64,000 nt of DNA from an uncultured candidate division Zixibacteria bacterium (GCA_963702205.1 OY969724.1:3392001-3456000), one strand, 5' to 3'. Shown: positions 10,501 to 20,509, counted from the stretch's first letter. The notes: generated by a model not told the origin, from the sequence alone. Numbers and translations are program-made.

Positions 10501-10814
10501 TTCTGTCCAATCTGGAATTCCGTTATCCTTTCATCGATTACCTGAAAACCAACTTCCCCCTGCCGATGACCATCGGGTACGTAACCGGCAATATATTCTT
10601 CGATATGGGGTCGACCTGGGACGGGTCCGATTTCAAGGGCGGGACGACGGTTGACGGTCCGGCCCGGCTGCAGGATATTAAATCGGCTTTCGGGTTCGGA
10701 ATCCGGGGCAACCTCGGAATCTTCGTCCTGCGCTATGACCTGGCCTGGCGCACCAATTTCAGCGAGGTGGCGGCACATCCCCGAAGCTATTTCTCCCTCG
10801 GCGCCGACTTCTAA
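7509..10814 (+). CDS. Omp85-family outer-membrane protein with N-terminal zinc-peptidase-like domain and TolB/PD40 beta-propeller
   Basis: Signal peptide; HELTH plus WFAEGYAEY; repeated P.WSPDG.KI.F.S; C-terminal barrel with LRGF loop motif, ending YFSLGADF. Confidence 0.85.
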   Translation: MKRNFNMLRKCILLVSLTILIAGSVGAQETYFGKNKVQYETFDWRYIQTRHFDIYFYGRSYDNAKYAAKVLENAYNVITCQINYQIHTRVPVFLYSARNDFQQTNIVPSLISEGVGGFTEASKNRVAIYNEGSVEDLRHVLHHELTHAIIYDMIYGNLFTSLLSRRRLFNLPLWFAEGYAEYSSRKEWHYRADMIVRDATVNNYLAPPDYIGGGMEYYEGYAMVRFIAETYGQEKIGELLAKGKVYLTMDKAIEAAIGVKPEEFWDKFSLEMKRRYWPEISLRKQPDEIGKALTDHTKDESHYNAKPVFSPQGDKLAIFSDRSDYPEIYLISAIDGKEIDKLVKAQRSGEIETVYSYYSSIGFSPDGEKIVFVTKSQGRDALFFLRLKGKDIYLKKYFDYNSILSPVWSPDGTRIAFAALDGPWRDLVIYDIEGDSTYSLMRDRYDDMEPSWGLDSKTIFFSSDRPHPQTEKILSDLTQDLGDGIKYSTIYTDHKYGNYSIFSINIDTRRITPIMCGLGQNREPVVSPDGKKICFVSNRNGIDNLYISYLDSSSTFAITDILTGTQSPSWSPDGTKIAFSSFQKGGYDVFVIKDIQPAGNNGVLEPTGFVKGEYGQPIPSPCTKDSEEIAAVDTTADSTIVHPLVQAEGSFTPADSAAADTTADSTQHAAVDSTRIEGGDFVYVEPNKETENPMDTLFTPVSDSTGSGSTYRTKEEQAVFDSIGANNKLPDGEYKVKPYRAKFTPDYVSGGFSYDSFFGLRGQSAFIFSDYLGDNQIYLLTDLVNTLDQTNIMAYYFYNRRRTSLGVGIFHNQNYYLDNQDFLFSDRLYGMQFFASHPFSKYFRTETELSQYFIDRHYHDVGDPRQDRSTKVSQAKLSLVQDNIIWGVTGPLDGRRSRLDFTAAKDLFNESDISFYSGEFDYRRYWHIKSLFSLAARFSAGASGGRTPKRYFLGGTTNWIGNVVVDASVYDVENLYFSDVVTPLRGFDYYELSGTRYFLSNLEFRYPFIDYLKTNFPLPMTIGYVTGNIFFDMGSTWDGSDFKGGTTVDGPARLQDIKSAFGFGIRGNLGIFVLRYDLAWRTNFSEVAAHPRSYFSLGADF

Positions 10815-10834
10815 AGCTGGCCTCTAAAATAACC

Positions 10835-10868
10835 AACCCCTCCTGATCTGCCGGAGGGGTTTTTATTT
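10835..10868 (+). terminator. Intrinsic terminator
   Basis: AACCCCTCC-loop-GGAGGGGTT followed by a T-rich tail, right after the stop. Confidence 0.8.
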
Positions 10869-11143
10869 GCCCGGCAACGGCCCGACTATGAAATATTGAT
10901 GGACAATTTGGGTAAACCCGGTATATTATTGCAACAGTAATTAACTTATAAGGCAGGGGTTTGCATTCGAAAAGGCGGGAAAATCCCAGTTTCCGCCGGA
11001 CCTCGATAAAGCTGTACCAACCATTTACCAGCAATAAGCTATAGAACCAAAACGTCGATATTAGATTATGCCGACAACTGATTCGGGGTGCTGTATCCCG
11101 GATGTCGGGCAAAATATAACCATTCCTTTCTGAGGAGGCAGTC

Positions 11144-13640
11144 ATGAAAAGACTGCATTTGATTGGTTGTCTTCTTGGTCTTCTTTTTACGGCAAGTCTG
11201 GTTTTTTTTACCAACGGTATCGCGGAGGCAATACAAGCCGCAGAAACAGCCGTGCCGAATGTCGGGGCATTCCTTGCCGCCGACGGCAGTATCGACTTTG
11301 AAGCCGCCCGGCTTTCGGGCTACGAGGGATCACTCGATCTGGATGGATACCAGGTGCATATGGATCCTCAGTCCGGCGAACCGATCGTCGCTCCGGCGTT
11401 CTTGCAGGAAATGGCCGATAGCCCAGACGATAAGTACTGGTCGCCAATTTTGACCACTTCCGGGTTGGGCATCGACGGTGACATTTATTCCCTCGCCATA
11501 TATAACAATAAGCTTATCGCGGGAGGACTTTTCACGACGGCCGGCGGACTCAGCGCTCCTCATATCGCCGCCTGGGACGGGATATCCTGGGCGCCGCTTG
11601 GAACCGGGACGGACAACAACGTAACGGCCCTGACCGTCTTCGACAATAAACTCATTGCCGGGGGGCTGTTTACAACTGCGGGCGGCAACCCGGCCGCCAA
11701 TATCGCCTCCTGGAATGGTTTCTCATGGTCCGCGCTTGGTGATGGAACCAACGGTAATGTCTATGCCTTTTCATCATTCGACGGCCAATTGATTGTCGGA
11801 GGTAATTTTACTTCCGCCGGAAGCCTGGCCGCCAACTATGTTGCCTTATGGGATGGTTCATCATGGTCGACTATGGGAACCGGCATGAATAATTTCGTGA
11901 GGGCCTTTCAGATCTATAACTCGCAGTTGTTCGCGGGCGGGAGCTTTACTACGGCTGGAGGGTCGACCGCCAATCGCATTGCCGTGTGGAATGGCACGTC
12001 GTGGTCACCGGTCGGCTCCGGGTTTAATAACAACGTCCGCGCCTTTGCTATTTATAACGGCAATCTGATCGCGGCGGGGTCTTTTACTCTCTCCGGAAGT
12101 ACAACCCTCAACCACATAGCGTCCTGGAACGGGGCGTCGTGGTCATCCATAGGTACAGGCATAAACAGCAATGTATATTGCCTTGCCATATTCAACAATA
12201 ACATCGTCGCAGGCGGCAACTTCACGGCGGCGGGCGGTGCTTCGGCACCCAATATCGCCGTCTGGAACGGCACGGCCTGGTCGTGTCCCGGATCGGGAAC
12301 AAATAATTCCGTCTTCGCCCTGACAGTTTATAATTCTGACCTCGCCGCGGGAGGTTTGTTTACAACCGCGGGAGGAGTCAATTCATCAAAAGTTTCCCTA
12401 TGGGACGGTACAATATGGAAGAATTTCAGCATGGGCCTGAATAACGTCGTTCGCGCTTTCACGAATTATGACAATAGACTGATCGCGGGCGGAAGCTTCA
12501 CCAGCGCCGGGGGCGTCGGTGCCAATTATATCGCGGCCTGGGATGGAGCGACCTGGTCGGTTTTGGGGACCGGCACCGATGGCCTGATTCGGGCATTTGC
12601 GATATATGACAACAAACTGATTGTCGGTGGATATTTCGTTAACGCCGGTGGTGTGACCTGTAATAACGTCGCGGCCTGGGATGGTTTATCATGGACTTCC
12701 CTCGGTACCGGCACGAATGATATTGTAAACAGCCTGGCCGTCTATAACGGTCGGTTGATTGCCGGCGGACAATTTACAGACGCCGGTGGTACAGGCCGTG
12801 AATTATGTCGCCGCCTGGGACGGGTTCTCCTGGTCGGCCCTTGGTTCCGGTATGAACAATTTTGTATATGCGCTCACGAATTACGCCAACAAACTGGTGG
12901 CAGGCGGAGCTTTCACCGATGCCGGAGGCGCCGTGGTGCATTTTATCGCGGCATGGGATGATATTTCATGGACCGGGCTCGGCGGCGGCGTAAACGATTA
13001 CGTTCTCGCGCTGAACGATGAGTACGCCGGTCTGCTGGTTGCCGGGGGATATTTCACTTTGGCGGATGGACTCACGGTTAACCGCATTGCGGCCTGGAAT
13101 GGGTCGGTCTGGGCACCGCTTGGCACCGGCATGAACGGCATCGTCCGCGATTTGACCGTGTTTGACTTCAAACTGTTCGCGGGCGGAGCTTTCAGTACCG
13201 CCGGAGGCATTGCCGCCGGTTACACGGCCGTTTGGGACGGTACCACATGGGGAGCGATGGGCTCAGGGCCCAACAATTTTGTCAGGGCTTTGTGCGCTTA
13301 TGACACAAGTCTGGTGGTCGGCGGCGATTTTCTGATAGCCGGAAACAAAACCGCACGATACGCCGCTGCCTGGAACAAAGCCACTATGGTAAACTGCTGC
13401 GAGACCTGGGGCACGCCCGGCGACGTCAACAGCGATAACGCCGTAAATCTCGTGGACATTTTGTACCTGATAGCTCATCTGTATAATAAACCGCCGGGAG
13501 CGGGCAACCCCAACGGTTGTGACCTCCTGATGGATGCCAACGGCGATAATGCCGTCAATCTGATAGATATATTATACCTGATAGCCTACCGGTACAACCA
13601 TCCGGCCGGACCGGCTCCCATGTGTCCCGTTCTGGAGTAG
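11144..13640 (+). CDS. Secreted repeat beta-propeller protein with C-terminal dockerin-like domain; frameshifted at about 12791
   Basis: Many copies of a ~46-aa repeat (V.AL..Y...LIAGG.FT.AGG..A..IA.WDG..WS.LG.G) continue across ORFs 11144-12961 and 12759-13640. Sequence reads GGT GGT a CAG GCC GTG, so removing one base restores the repeat. C-terminal GDVNSDNAVNLVDILYLI motif twice. Confidence 0.85.
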
Positions 13641-13702
13641 TGGTTGAAACTCGGGCGGGATCATCACAAAATTTCTCTGCGGAAGGAAGCGGATGTTCCT
13701 TT

Positions 13703-13939
13703 TCAGTCCGGACCCCGGGCGTAATCGACAACCAGAATGTTGCCTTCGTGCAGGCTCCCGTGCAGTGCGGATTTGGCCCGCTCGGCATCGCTGTCGCTTT
13801 TCATCCTGACAAAGCCATAGCCTTTATCGGCGATAATTTTGGCCGTTTCGACTTCACCATAAACTGAAAAAAGTTCCGCCAACTGACTGACGGTAGTACT
13901 ATAGGTCAGATTCCCGACGAATAATTTCCTGCCCCTCAT
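13703..13939 (-). CDS. Single RRM-domain RNA-binding protein
   Basis: RNP2 KLFVGNL and RNP1 KGYGFVRM; ends VVDYAR. Confidence 0.9.
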   Translation of the reverse strand: MRGRKLFVGNLTYSTTVSQLAELFSVYGEVETAKIIADKGYGFVRMKSDSDAERAKSALHGSLHEGNILVVDYARGPD

Positions 13940-14050
13940 GTCTTCATCCGCTTCTTACGGCGGCCCCCAAATCGTGAAGTAGCGCGATAGCGTTTGATGC
14001 ACTATCGTCACGTTTACTTAAAATTTCTTCGGTCCCGTTCAGTCCGGCTG

Positions 14051-16534
14051 CTATTTCTTTTTCTTCTTATCGTTGCCTTCGGTTTTGTCGGTTTTGTCAT
14101 TTTTCCCGTTATTCTCTTCCGAGGTGGACTTGAACTGCCGCCCCAGACGATCCAGTTCTTTATCGGCCAGGTCGAATATGCTTCCTTTGCTGAAACCGCC
14201 CGACTTGAGCTCTTTGCCCGCCGGTTTGCCGGTCAATATTTCTATGCCTTCTTCGATCGTACCAACCGGATAAATATGGAATTTGCCTTTTTCGACGGCT
14301 TCAATCACGTCGGAGCGAAGTTGTAATTCTTCGACGTTTTGTTTGGGCATGATGACCCCCTGCCGTCCGGTCAGACGTTTGTTCTTGCAGACGTCGAAAA
14401 AGCCCTCGATCTTTTCATTGATGCCACCGATAGGTTGAATCTCGCCATACTGGTTGACCGAACCTGTGACGGCAATCCCCTGGTCTATCGGCACACCTGA
14501 CAGGGTCGACAGGATCACGTAAATTTCGGTCGAGGATGCCGAGTCCCCGTCGACGCCCGAGTACGATTGCTCGAAACAGATCGACGCCGACATAATAAGC
14601 GGCTTATTCTGCGCGAATTTACCGCGCAGGAATCCGCTTAATACCAGCACGCCTTTGTTGTGCACCGGGCCGGAAAGATCGGCTTCGCGTTCGATATTGA
14701 TGACCCCGGCCCGACCGACCGACGCCCTTGAAGTGATGCGGACCGGGCGACCGAAACTGTGCTCGCCAACGTTGTAAACCGACAGTCCATTGATTTGACC
14801 GACCGCCTTGCCCGATGTTTGCACAAGGTAAATATCGTTGTCGTACAGTTCCTGAATTTTATCCTCGATCAGATTGACCCGGTTGCGCTGATTGGCTATG
14901 GCCGCCAGGACGTGGGTCGAATTGACCTTCTTCTTTTTCTCGTCGGCAGCGACAATGGCCGATTCTCGAATCAGATCGGCGATTATCGTAAATTGCGTCG
15001 AAAGCTTGTCCTTGCGACCGGCCAGACGGATGCCGTGGGCCGCGACTTCCCGCAATCCGGAAAGGTCAAAAGGCAGGAGCGAGTCATCATCCACGATCTT
15101 GCGTACGAATGAAACGTATTCCTTAAGAGACGCCCTGGTCAACGGCGTTACATGATCGAATTCGGCCTTTACCTTGAATATTTTCTTGAAATCTTCTTCA
15201 TAGTTCCACAGCACCGAGTAGGTGCGCCTGTCTCCGATAAGAACGACTTTGACGTCGACGTTGATCGGCATCGGCTTAAGGCCGGAGCCGGCCATCTGAT
15301 AAAAAGGATCGTAACCGGCAATTTCCAGCTTTTCACTGGTCAGGATTCGTTTAAGAGGTTTCCATACGCCCGGCTCAGTGAACAGGTCGAGGGCATTGAT
15401 GATCAGAAAGCCACCCGATGCGGTGAGCAATGAACCGCCTTTAATGCGCGAGAAATCGGTCCGCCAGTAACCGAAACGGTCCACCACGCGCTCCATCGTC
15501 CCGAAAATATTCCTATATGACGGTGAATTTTCCACCACGATCGGGACTTTCTTCTTGCCGCTGTTATCGAGAATCAGGTTGACGGCGAATTCCTCGAACG
15601 GCTCTTTTCTGCGAAAGGCCGGCGCTTCTTCCTCACCCCGGCGCGGACGGGCTTCCTTGAAACGATCAAGGTCGTTCAAAAGCGCTTCCTCGGCCGAACT
15701 CAGGTAATCTATGACTTCTTTTTGAGTATACTTCTTTTTTATCACGGCAAACTTGTCCGAAATCTGTGGAGATATCATGGAATAGTCCAGTTTGGATAGA
15801 GCGTCATCGAGCTTCTCGGCCAGCTTTTTGGATTCCACCTCAACCAGGTTCATGTCGTTCATGAGCTTTTCGCGTTTGCCCTCAAGCTCCTGGAAGCGTT
15901 CTTCGGAGAATCTTTTTTCCATCACGAGGTGTTCCAGCCGGGCCAGTTCCATCGGTTCGCCGTCGATCATGGCCTGCAATTCGTTCCTGACCGACATCCC
16001 GACCTGCATTTGTACCATGACAAATCCGGCTTCTTTCATTTTCTTCTCGAACGCGGCGAAAATCTCTTTTTGTCGGCCTTCAAAATCGGCCGCTATCCGT
16101 ACCCGCCGGTTTTTATAATCCTGACCACCCAGTATTTTCGGCACCACTTTCCGTAATGAATCGATGATGTACTCGACGTCTTTCTTGAACTGCCGCCCCT
16201 GCCCGGCTTCGAAAGTTATGGCGAGCGGACAATCGGGGTCTTTGAAATTATTGACGTAACAAACGTCATTCAATTTGGGCGTGTTATTGTCGAGGTTTTC
16301 CAATAATTGTTTGATCGTGGTCGAGCGGCCGGTGCCGCTCAGGCCGGTGACAAATATATTATACCCGCGCCGCCTGATTTTCAGGCCGAGCTGGATGGCT
16401 TTGACGGCTCTATCCTGACCAATGATCTTACAGCACGGTTTGGCGTCATCGGTAGAATGTATCTTAAGAGGCGCAAAATTTATGTTCGCGGCAAGATCGC
16501 GGGTTTTTAATTCTTTATGTTTTTTGGCGGGCAT
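14051..16534 (-). CDS. Lon-like S16 protease (LonC type, degenerate AAA+ module)
   Basis: RBS AGGAGG before ATG 16534. IIGQDRA; GLSGTGRST; DGDSASSTE (Ser); IGGINEKIEGFF (Lys). Confidence 0.9.
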   Translation of the reverse strand: MPAKKHKELKTRDLAANINFAPLKIHSTDDAKPCCKIIGQDRAVKAIQLGLKIRRRGYNIFVTGLSGTGRSTTIKQLLENLDNNTPKLNDVCYVNNFKDPDCPLAITFEAGQGRQFKKDVEYIIDSLRKVVPKILGGQDYKNRRVRIAADFEGRQKEIFAAFEKKMKEAGFVMVQMQVGMSVRNELQAMIDGEPMELARLEHLVMEKRFSEERFQELEGKREKLMNDMNLVEVESKKLAEKLDDALSKLDYSMISPQISDKFAVIKKKYTQKEVIDYLSSAEEALLNDLDRFKEARPRRGEEEAPAFRRKEPFEEFAVNLILDNSGKKKVPIVVENSPSYRNIFGTMERVVDRFGYWRTDFSRIKGGSLLTASGGFLIINALDLFTEPGVWKPLKRILTSEKLEIAGYDPFYQMAGSGLKPMPINVDVKVVLIGDRRTYSVLWNYEEDFKKIFKVKAEFDHVTPLTRASLKEYVSFVRKIVDDDSLLPFDLSGLREVAAHGIRLAGRKDKLSTQFTIIADLIRESAIVAADEKKKKVNSTHVLAAIANQRNRVNLIEDKIQELYDNDIYLVQTSGKAVGQINGLSVYNVGEHSFGRPVRITSRASVGRAGVINIEREADLSGPVHNKGVLVLSGFLRGKFAQNKPLIMSASICFEQSYSGVDGDSASSTEIYVILSTLSGVPIDQGIAVTGSVNQYGEIQPIGGINEKIEGFFDVCKNKRLTGRQGVIMPKQNVEELQLRSDVIEAVEKGKFHIYPVGTIEEGIEILTGKPAGKELKSGGFSKGSIFDLADKELDRLGRQFKSTSEENNGKNDKTDKTEGNDKKKKK

Positions 16535-16596
16535 TGGTCCTCCTGTACCGATTTTGGAAGAATATACAGCCTGCGCGTTTATAAAACAAGCCTGAC

Positions 16597-16624
16597 TTGA
16601 CAAATATACGGCGACCTGTATATT
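16597..16624 (+). promoter_or_regulatory. Sigma70-type promoter of the tRNA gene
   Basis: TTGACA-N16-TATATT ending 22 bp upstream of the tRNA. Confidence 0.65.
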
Positions 16625-16646
16625 AGGGGCGCAAAAATCGATAAAT

Positions 16647-16719
16647 GGCGGTATCGTCTAGTGGACCAGGACGGGTGGTTCTCAGCCATCAAACCGGGGT
16701 TCGATTCCCCGTACCGCTA
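16647..16719 (+). tRNA. tRNA-Glu (anticodon CTC); CCA not encoded
   Basis: Acceptor GGCGGTA/TACCGCT, D-arm GTCTAGTGG..AGGAC, anticodon arm GGTGG-TTCTCAG-CCATC, T-arm CGGGGTTCGATTCCCCG. Confidence 0.95.
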
Positions 16720-16860
16720 TTTTTTTAAGCAATTCCTCAGGCTCATTTGAGATAAAGTGGTATTTGGACCAACATTTCACCCAACTGAGTATTACAATAT
16801 TCCCGGGGCAAGCCGCGATGGCTTTTTTTCGTATAACTATGTAAAACTGGAGGCCGAGAA

Positions 16861-17316
16861 ATGTTTGCTGGAAAAATTTCGAAGATTATCCTGCTGCTAT
16901 TTGTTTTCGCCGTTGCGGGAATAGGTGTAGTAATTTATTCCTTTCACCATAGTGACTCCGCTAAACTGACAGATTTCTCCTCCGCGTACGAACGATTCGA
17001 TTCGGCCATTTCGACGGCACGGGCAGATGGTTCCGGCAAATCGGATTACATGGCGGCTTCGGCACTCGACGCTCTTATCGCAGGGTCGGAGTTCCGGTTG
17101 TCATCCTTTGTGGAGCACGACGCGGATTTGATGGTTCAGGCGCAGTTGATTGCCGACCTGGCCGCCGAACAACTCAAAACACTCAAGTCCTGTCGTAAGG
17201 GTGCGGCAGGTCAGAATGGAGACCGCGATTTTCTATCAGGGGACTATAACAAGGCGGCGGAAGCTACGGAAGACGCTTACCGCCGATTTCAGGGACTCGA
17301 GGGCTTGCTGCAATAA
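16861..17316 (+). CDS. Hypothetical protein with N-terminal membrane anchor
   Basis: RBS GGAGG, N-terminal hydrophobic helix, helical-looking remainder; no family recognised. Confidence 0.6.
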   Translation: MFAGKISKIILLLFVFAVAGIGVVIYSFHHSDSAKLTDFSSAYERFDSAISTARADGSGKSDYMAASALDALIAGSEFRLSSFVEHDADLMVQAQLIADLAAEQLKTLKSCRKGAAGQNGDRDFLSGDYNKAAEATEDAYRRFQGLEGLLQ

Positions 17317-17465
17317 ACATCGTTTATATACAATGGGCAGGTAAATGGTAGGGCTTTAATAAGATACTGAACTATATTCCAGCTAATCGTGCTTTTTCAG
17401 TTTACCGCGGTTTTTATTGCATGCGTACGTTATCTTTCAATAATAATCTTGCTCTATAATGCAGA

Positions 17466-20144
17466 TCAGCGATCTTTGAACTCCTGGGCCCAGTTCTGGA
17501 CGACAACTATTTCGCCGGGATCGGAATCGGAAAGCCGGGCGTTCAGCAGAAATTTCTGACCGTCGGCGGAGACGTCGTAAGGATAAAGCACGTTGAAATT
17601 GGACTGCGGCCGGAATTTGAACAACTCGACGGGTTGCCCGGCTTCAAAAGTCGCGCCGGTATTAACCTTTACGACCATAAGCTCCGACGCGTCGGTTAAA
17701 TAATAAAGCTCCGTACCATCACCGCTCCACATCGCATTGTCGGCGTGTTCGGTGGAGATTTGCCATTTGCCGCCGGTGCCATCCAATTTTCTGACATACA
17801 CTTCGCGCCGACCGGATTCACTGCTGGTGTAAGCGACGAATTTCCCGTTCGGCGATACCTTGGCCTTCGCCTCATAGTACGAGCTGTTAACCAGATTATC
17901 CACCCTATTACTGTCATTCATATAGAGAATACCGATATCCCACCCACGTTGCACCTGATAAATAAGCATCCTTGATCCGTCAGGTGTAATGTCGCTTGGA
18001 CTGACATGACTGCTGTCGGTGCCGTAAATAAGTTCAGCCTGGCCAAGCCCGTTGGTGCCCTTCCGATACATTTTGAAAAACTGCCCGCCCCGGTCGGATG
18101 CAAAATAAACCATTTGCCCATCGGGCGACCATACCGGCATGGCATCTATCCCGGGATCGAAGGTTAATCTCGTAGGCACGTTTCGTTTCAGATCATAAAT
18201 CCAAATATCCGGGGAATTGGCCTGGCCATCCAGGGCTATGTATGCTAACCTGGATTCATCCGGTGAAAGAGCAACGTCACCATATTTGCCTTGTTGACCT
18301 ATCGTCTGCAGTTTCTTGCCCGTCCTGTCAACCCAGACAAGCTCACTCAGGGATGACCGATTATTGGTTTGATACAAGAGCGTTCCGTTATTGGTTACGC
18401 TGAAGGCATAGGTATTTTCAGCCGCTCCTATTTTCGTGGCAATCGGTTTAGGTTCGCCGGTTACTTCCAGTTTTTTTGCGTCAAAGGGAAGTCCCATTAA
18501 ATTGTCCACGGACACGTACAAAATATATCCGTCGTTGCTGTATTCGACGCGATCAATAATCTGATCCAATTCATAGAGAGTTACCGAAGAGGTCGTATCG
18601 ATTGAGCCGAGTTTAATCCTGTTTCTTGTATGTATATTATCTTTGCCGTGCCTGACGGAGCACGTAAAAATAAAATGTTTACCATCGGGCAAAAACCATG
18701 GCCAGCCATATCCGATTTCGCCTTCGGAAGTATCCGGCAGAGCTGCCGGCTTGGGCAAACCACCTCCGGCCGGAACAAACTTCAAAGTTTCATTCAAATT
18801 GCCATCGAAAATGATCAGGTTATTCGTGCCCCAGCAACCATCGGCACCGACCGGTCCCTGGCATACAAGCTGTGCCTGGCCCCCGGTAATCGGAATTCGC
18901 TTCAGTTGATTACCTTCAAAAAATGCCACGTTCCTGCCATCGGGCGACCAGAAAAACCGTTTGGCGTTTTCCGTATTCAAGAGCGGATAAGCCTCCAGGG
19001 AGTTGATCGGGCGCACCCAAATACGGTTGGTGCCGGCGGAATCGTCGGCCTGAAAAGCCACTGAACTTCCATCGGGTGAAATGCGCGGCCAATAGATATT
19101 GGACAGGCCCTGCTTGATATCAACCGTGTATCGGGCGACCGACAATAAAGGCGCCGCTTTCGTTTTCTCGGCATAATACAGATAGCCCAGACACACGGTG
19201 CTCAGTATCGCTACGGCGCCGATCACACGAGCCAGGTCGAATTTAAATTTCCTTCGGGCGGAGACATAAGCCGGTAATCCAACTTGCGAACCGGCTTGAG
19301 ATATCCAGCGCAATTCGTCGGATAAATCGGAGGCTGACTGCCATCTTTTGCGAGGGTCCTTTTCAAGACACTTTTTGACCAGCCGCTCTAAAAGCGGCGG
19401 CGTATCCGGCCTGAGGGCGGAAATCGGGGTCGGCTCGCGCTCCAGTATGGCCGCGATCAATGCCGCGCTCGAATTGCCCTCGAAGGCTCTCTTGCCGGTA
19501 ATCATCTCATAAATCAGGGCCCCGAAAGCAAAAATATCCGACCGCGTATCGGCCTCATTGCCTTCAAGCTGCTCCGGCGACATATATTGTATTGTCCCGA
19601 CAATCGTATTCGCTCCGGTCAAAGGCGTCGTCTGAGTTATGGCGGCCAATGTATCGGTTCCTTTTCCTTGCTGAATTTTGGCTAATCCGAAATCCAGAAG
19701 CTTGGCCCCCTCTGAAGTCAACATGACATTGCCCGGTTTCAAGTCCCGGTGTACCAATCCCCGTTGATGAGCCAGATCCAGACCGCTGGCGATCTGAACG
19801 GCGATCCGAAGCACCTCATCGTATGGTATCGGACCTCTCGCCAGCCTTTCGGACAGTGTCTCCCCTTCCAGGAATTCCATAACGAGGTAGTCCATCCCGT
19901 TTTCGTGACCGACGTCATAAAGAGTGCAAATATTGGCATGATTCAGACTGGAGATGGCTTTTGCTTCCCGGTCGAACCGGTCTTTGAATTCGGCGCTTTC
20001 GGCAATACTGGACGGGAGTATCTTTATGGCGACGGTTCGATCCAGGCGGGTATCGATGGCTTTGTAGACCTCGCCCATCCCCCCGGCGCCGGCCTGTTCG
20101 ATAATTTCATACGGCGTGAGTTTATCACCTTTAACTAATGTCAT
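17466..20144 (-). CDS. Hanks-type Ser/Thr protein kinase with TM helix and PD40/TolB-like propellers
   Basis: GAGGMGEVY, VAIK, HRDLKPGN, DFG, YMSPEQ; TM near aa 305-325; repeated WSPDG/ISPDG. Confidence 0.95.
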   Translation of the reverse strand: MTLVKGDKLTPYEIIEQAGAGGMGEVYKAIDTRLDRTVAIKILPSSIAESAEFKDRFDREAKAISSLNHANICTLYDVGHENGMDYLVMEFLEGETLSERLARGPIPYDEVLRIAVQIASGLDLAHQRGLVHRDLKPGNVMLTSEGAKLLDFGLAKIQQGKGTDTLAAITQTTPLTGANTIVGTIQYMSPEQLEGNEADTRSDIFAFGALIYEMITGKRAFEGNSSAALIAAILEREPTPISALRPDTPPLLERLVKKCLEKDPRKRWQSASDLSDELRWISQAGSQVGLPAYVSARRKFKFDLARVIGAVAILSTVCLGYLYYAEKTKAAPLLSVARYTVDIKQGLSNIYWPRISPDGSSVAFQADDSAGTNRIWVRPINSLEAYPLLNTENAKRFFWSPDGRNVAFFEGNQLKRIPITGGQAQLVCQGPVGADGCWGTNNLIIFDGNLNETLKFVPAGGGLPKPAALPDTSEGEIGYGWPWFLPDGKHFIFTCSVRHGKDNIHTRNRIKLGSIDTTSSVTLYELDQIIDRVEYSNDGYILYVSVDNLMGLPFDAKKLEVTGEPKPIATKIGAAENTYAFSVTNNGTLLYQTNNRSSLSELVWVDRTGKKLQTIGQQGKYGDVALSPDESRLAYIALDGQANSPDIWIYDLKRNVPTRLTFDPGIDAMPVWSPDGQMVYFASDRGGQFFKMYRKGTNGLGQAELIYGTDSSHVSPSDITPDGSRMLIYQVQRGWDIGILYMNDSNRVDNLVNSSYYEAKAKVSPNGKFVAYTSSESGRREVYVRKLDGTGGKWQISTEHADNAMWSGDGTELYYLTDASELMVVKVNTGATFEAGQPVELFKFRPQSNFNVLYPYDVSADGQKFLLNARLSDSDPGEIVVVQNWAQEFKDR

Positions 20145-20187
20145 TTCAATTTCCCCGTTTTATATTTTTACCCGATCCCGCTCAATT

Positions 20188-20340
20188 TCAGTCCACCTTG
20201 CGATGGATCAGGTCCTCGACCACGCTTTGAATGGTCGTACCCGTCCTGGCAACGAGAATTTTCAGCTTGCGATGGGTCTGTTCATCGAGTCTAATGTGTA
20301 TCATCCGTTCTTTGGCGGTGTTTTCATGGTCTTTTTTCAT
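20188..20340 (-). CDS. Small ribbon-helix-helix DNA-binding protein (50 aa, below ORF-track cutoff)
   Basis: Manual translation MKKDHENTAKERMIHIRLDEQTHRKLKILVARTGTTIQSVVEDLIHRKVD*; RBS GGGAG; alternating strand IHIRLD then helix-Gly-helix. Confidence 0.75.
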   Translation of the reverse strand: MKKDHENTAKERMIHIRLDEQTHRKLKILVARTGTTIQSVVEDLIHRKVD

Positions 20341-20509
20341 TTTAATAAATGCTCCCTATGGCGATCATGGAGCTACAAATGTAACAACAAATTAAATACG
20401 CAGAAAAACGTTATTTAGATTGAATTAGTCCATTAATAAATGCCACCCGCCGTCAAAATTCATTCCATGTCGAGAAGGGTGAATTTGATCGACACTCGCG
20501 ATTCAATCC

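Noticed and set aside
10960..11120. Hairpins in the long leader of the propeller gene; similar ones at 27700-27800 before sulP
   Set aside because: No recognisable riboswitch consensus; cannot be separated from chance GC-rich pairing.
11450..13380. Periodic sequence suggesting a CRISPR array or a diversity-generating retroelement
   Set aside because: Periodicity is from degenerate protein repeats; no identical DNA repeats with spacers, no cas or reverse transcriptase gene.
20116..20418. 100-aa plus-strand ORF
   Set aside because: Antisense to the better-supported RHH ORF and overlaps the kinase start.
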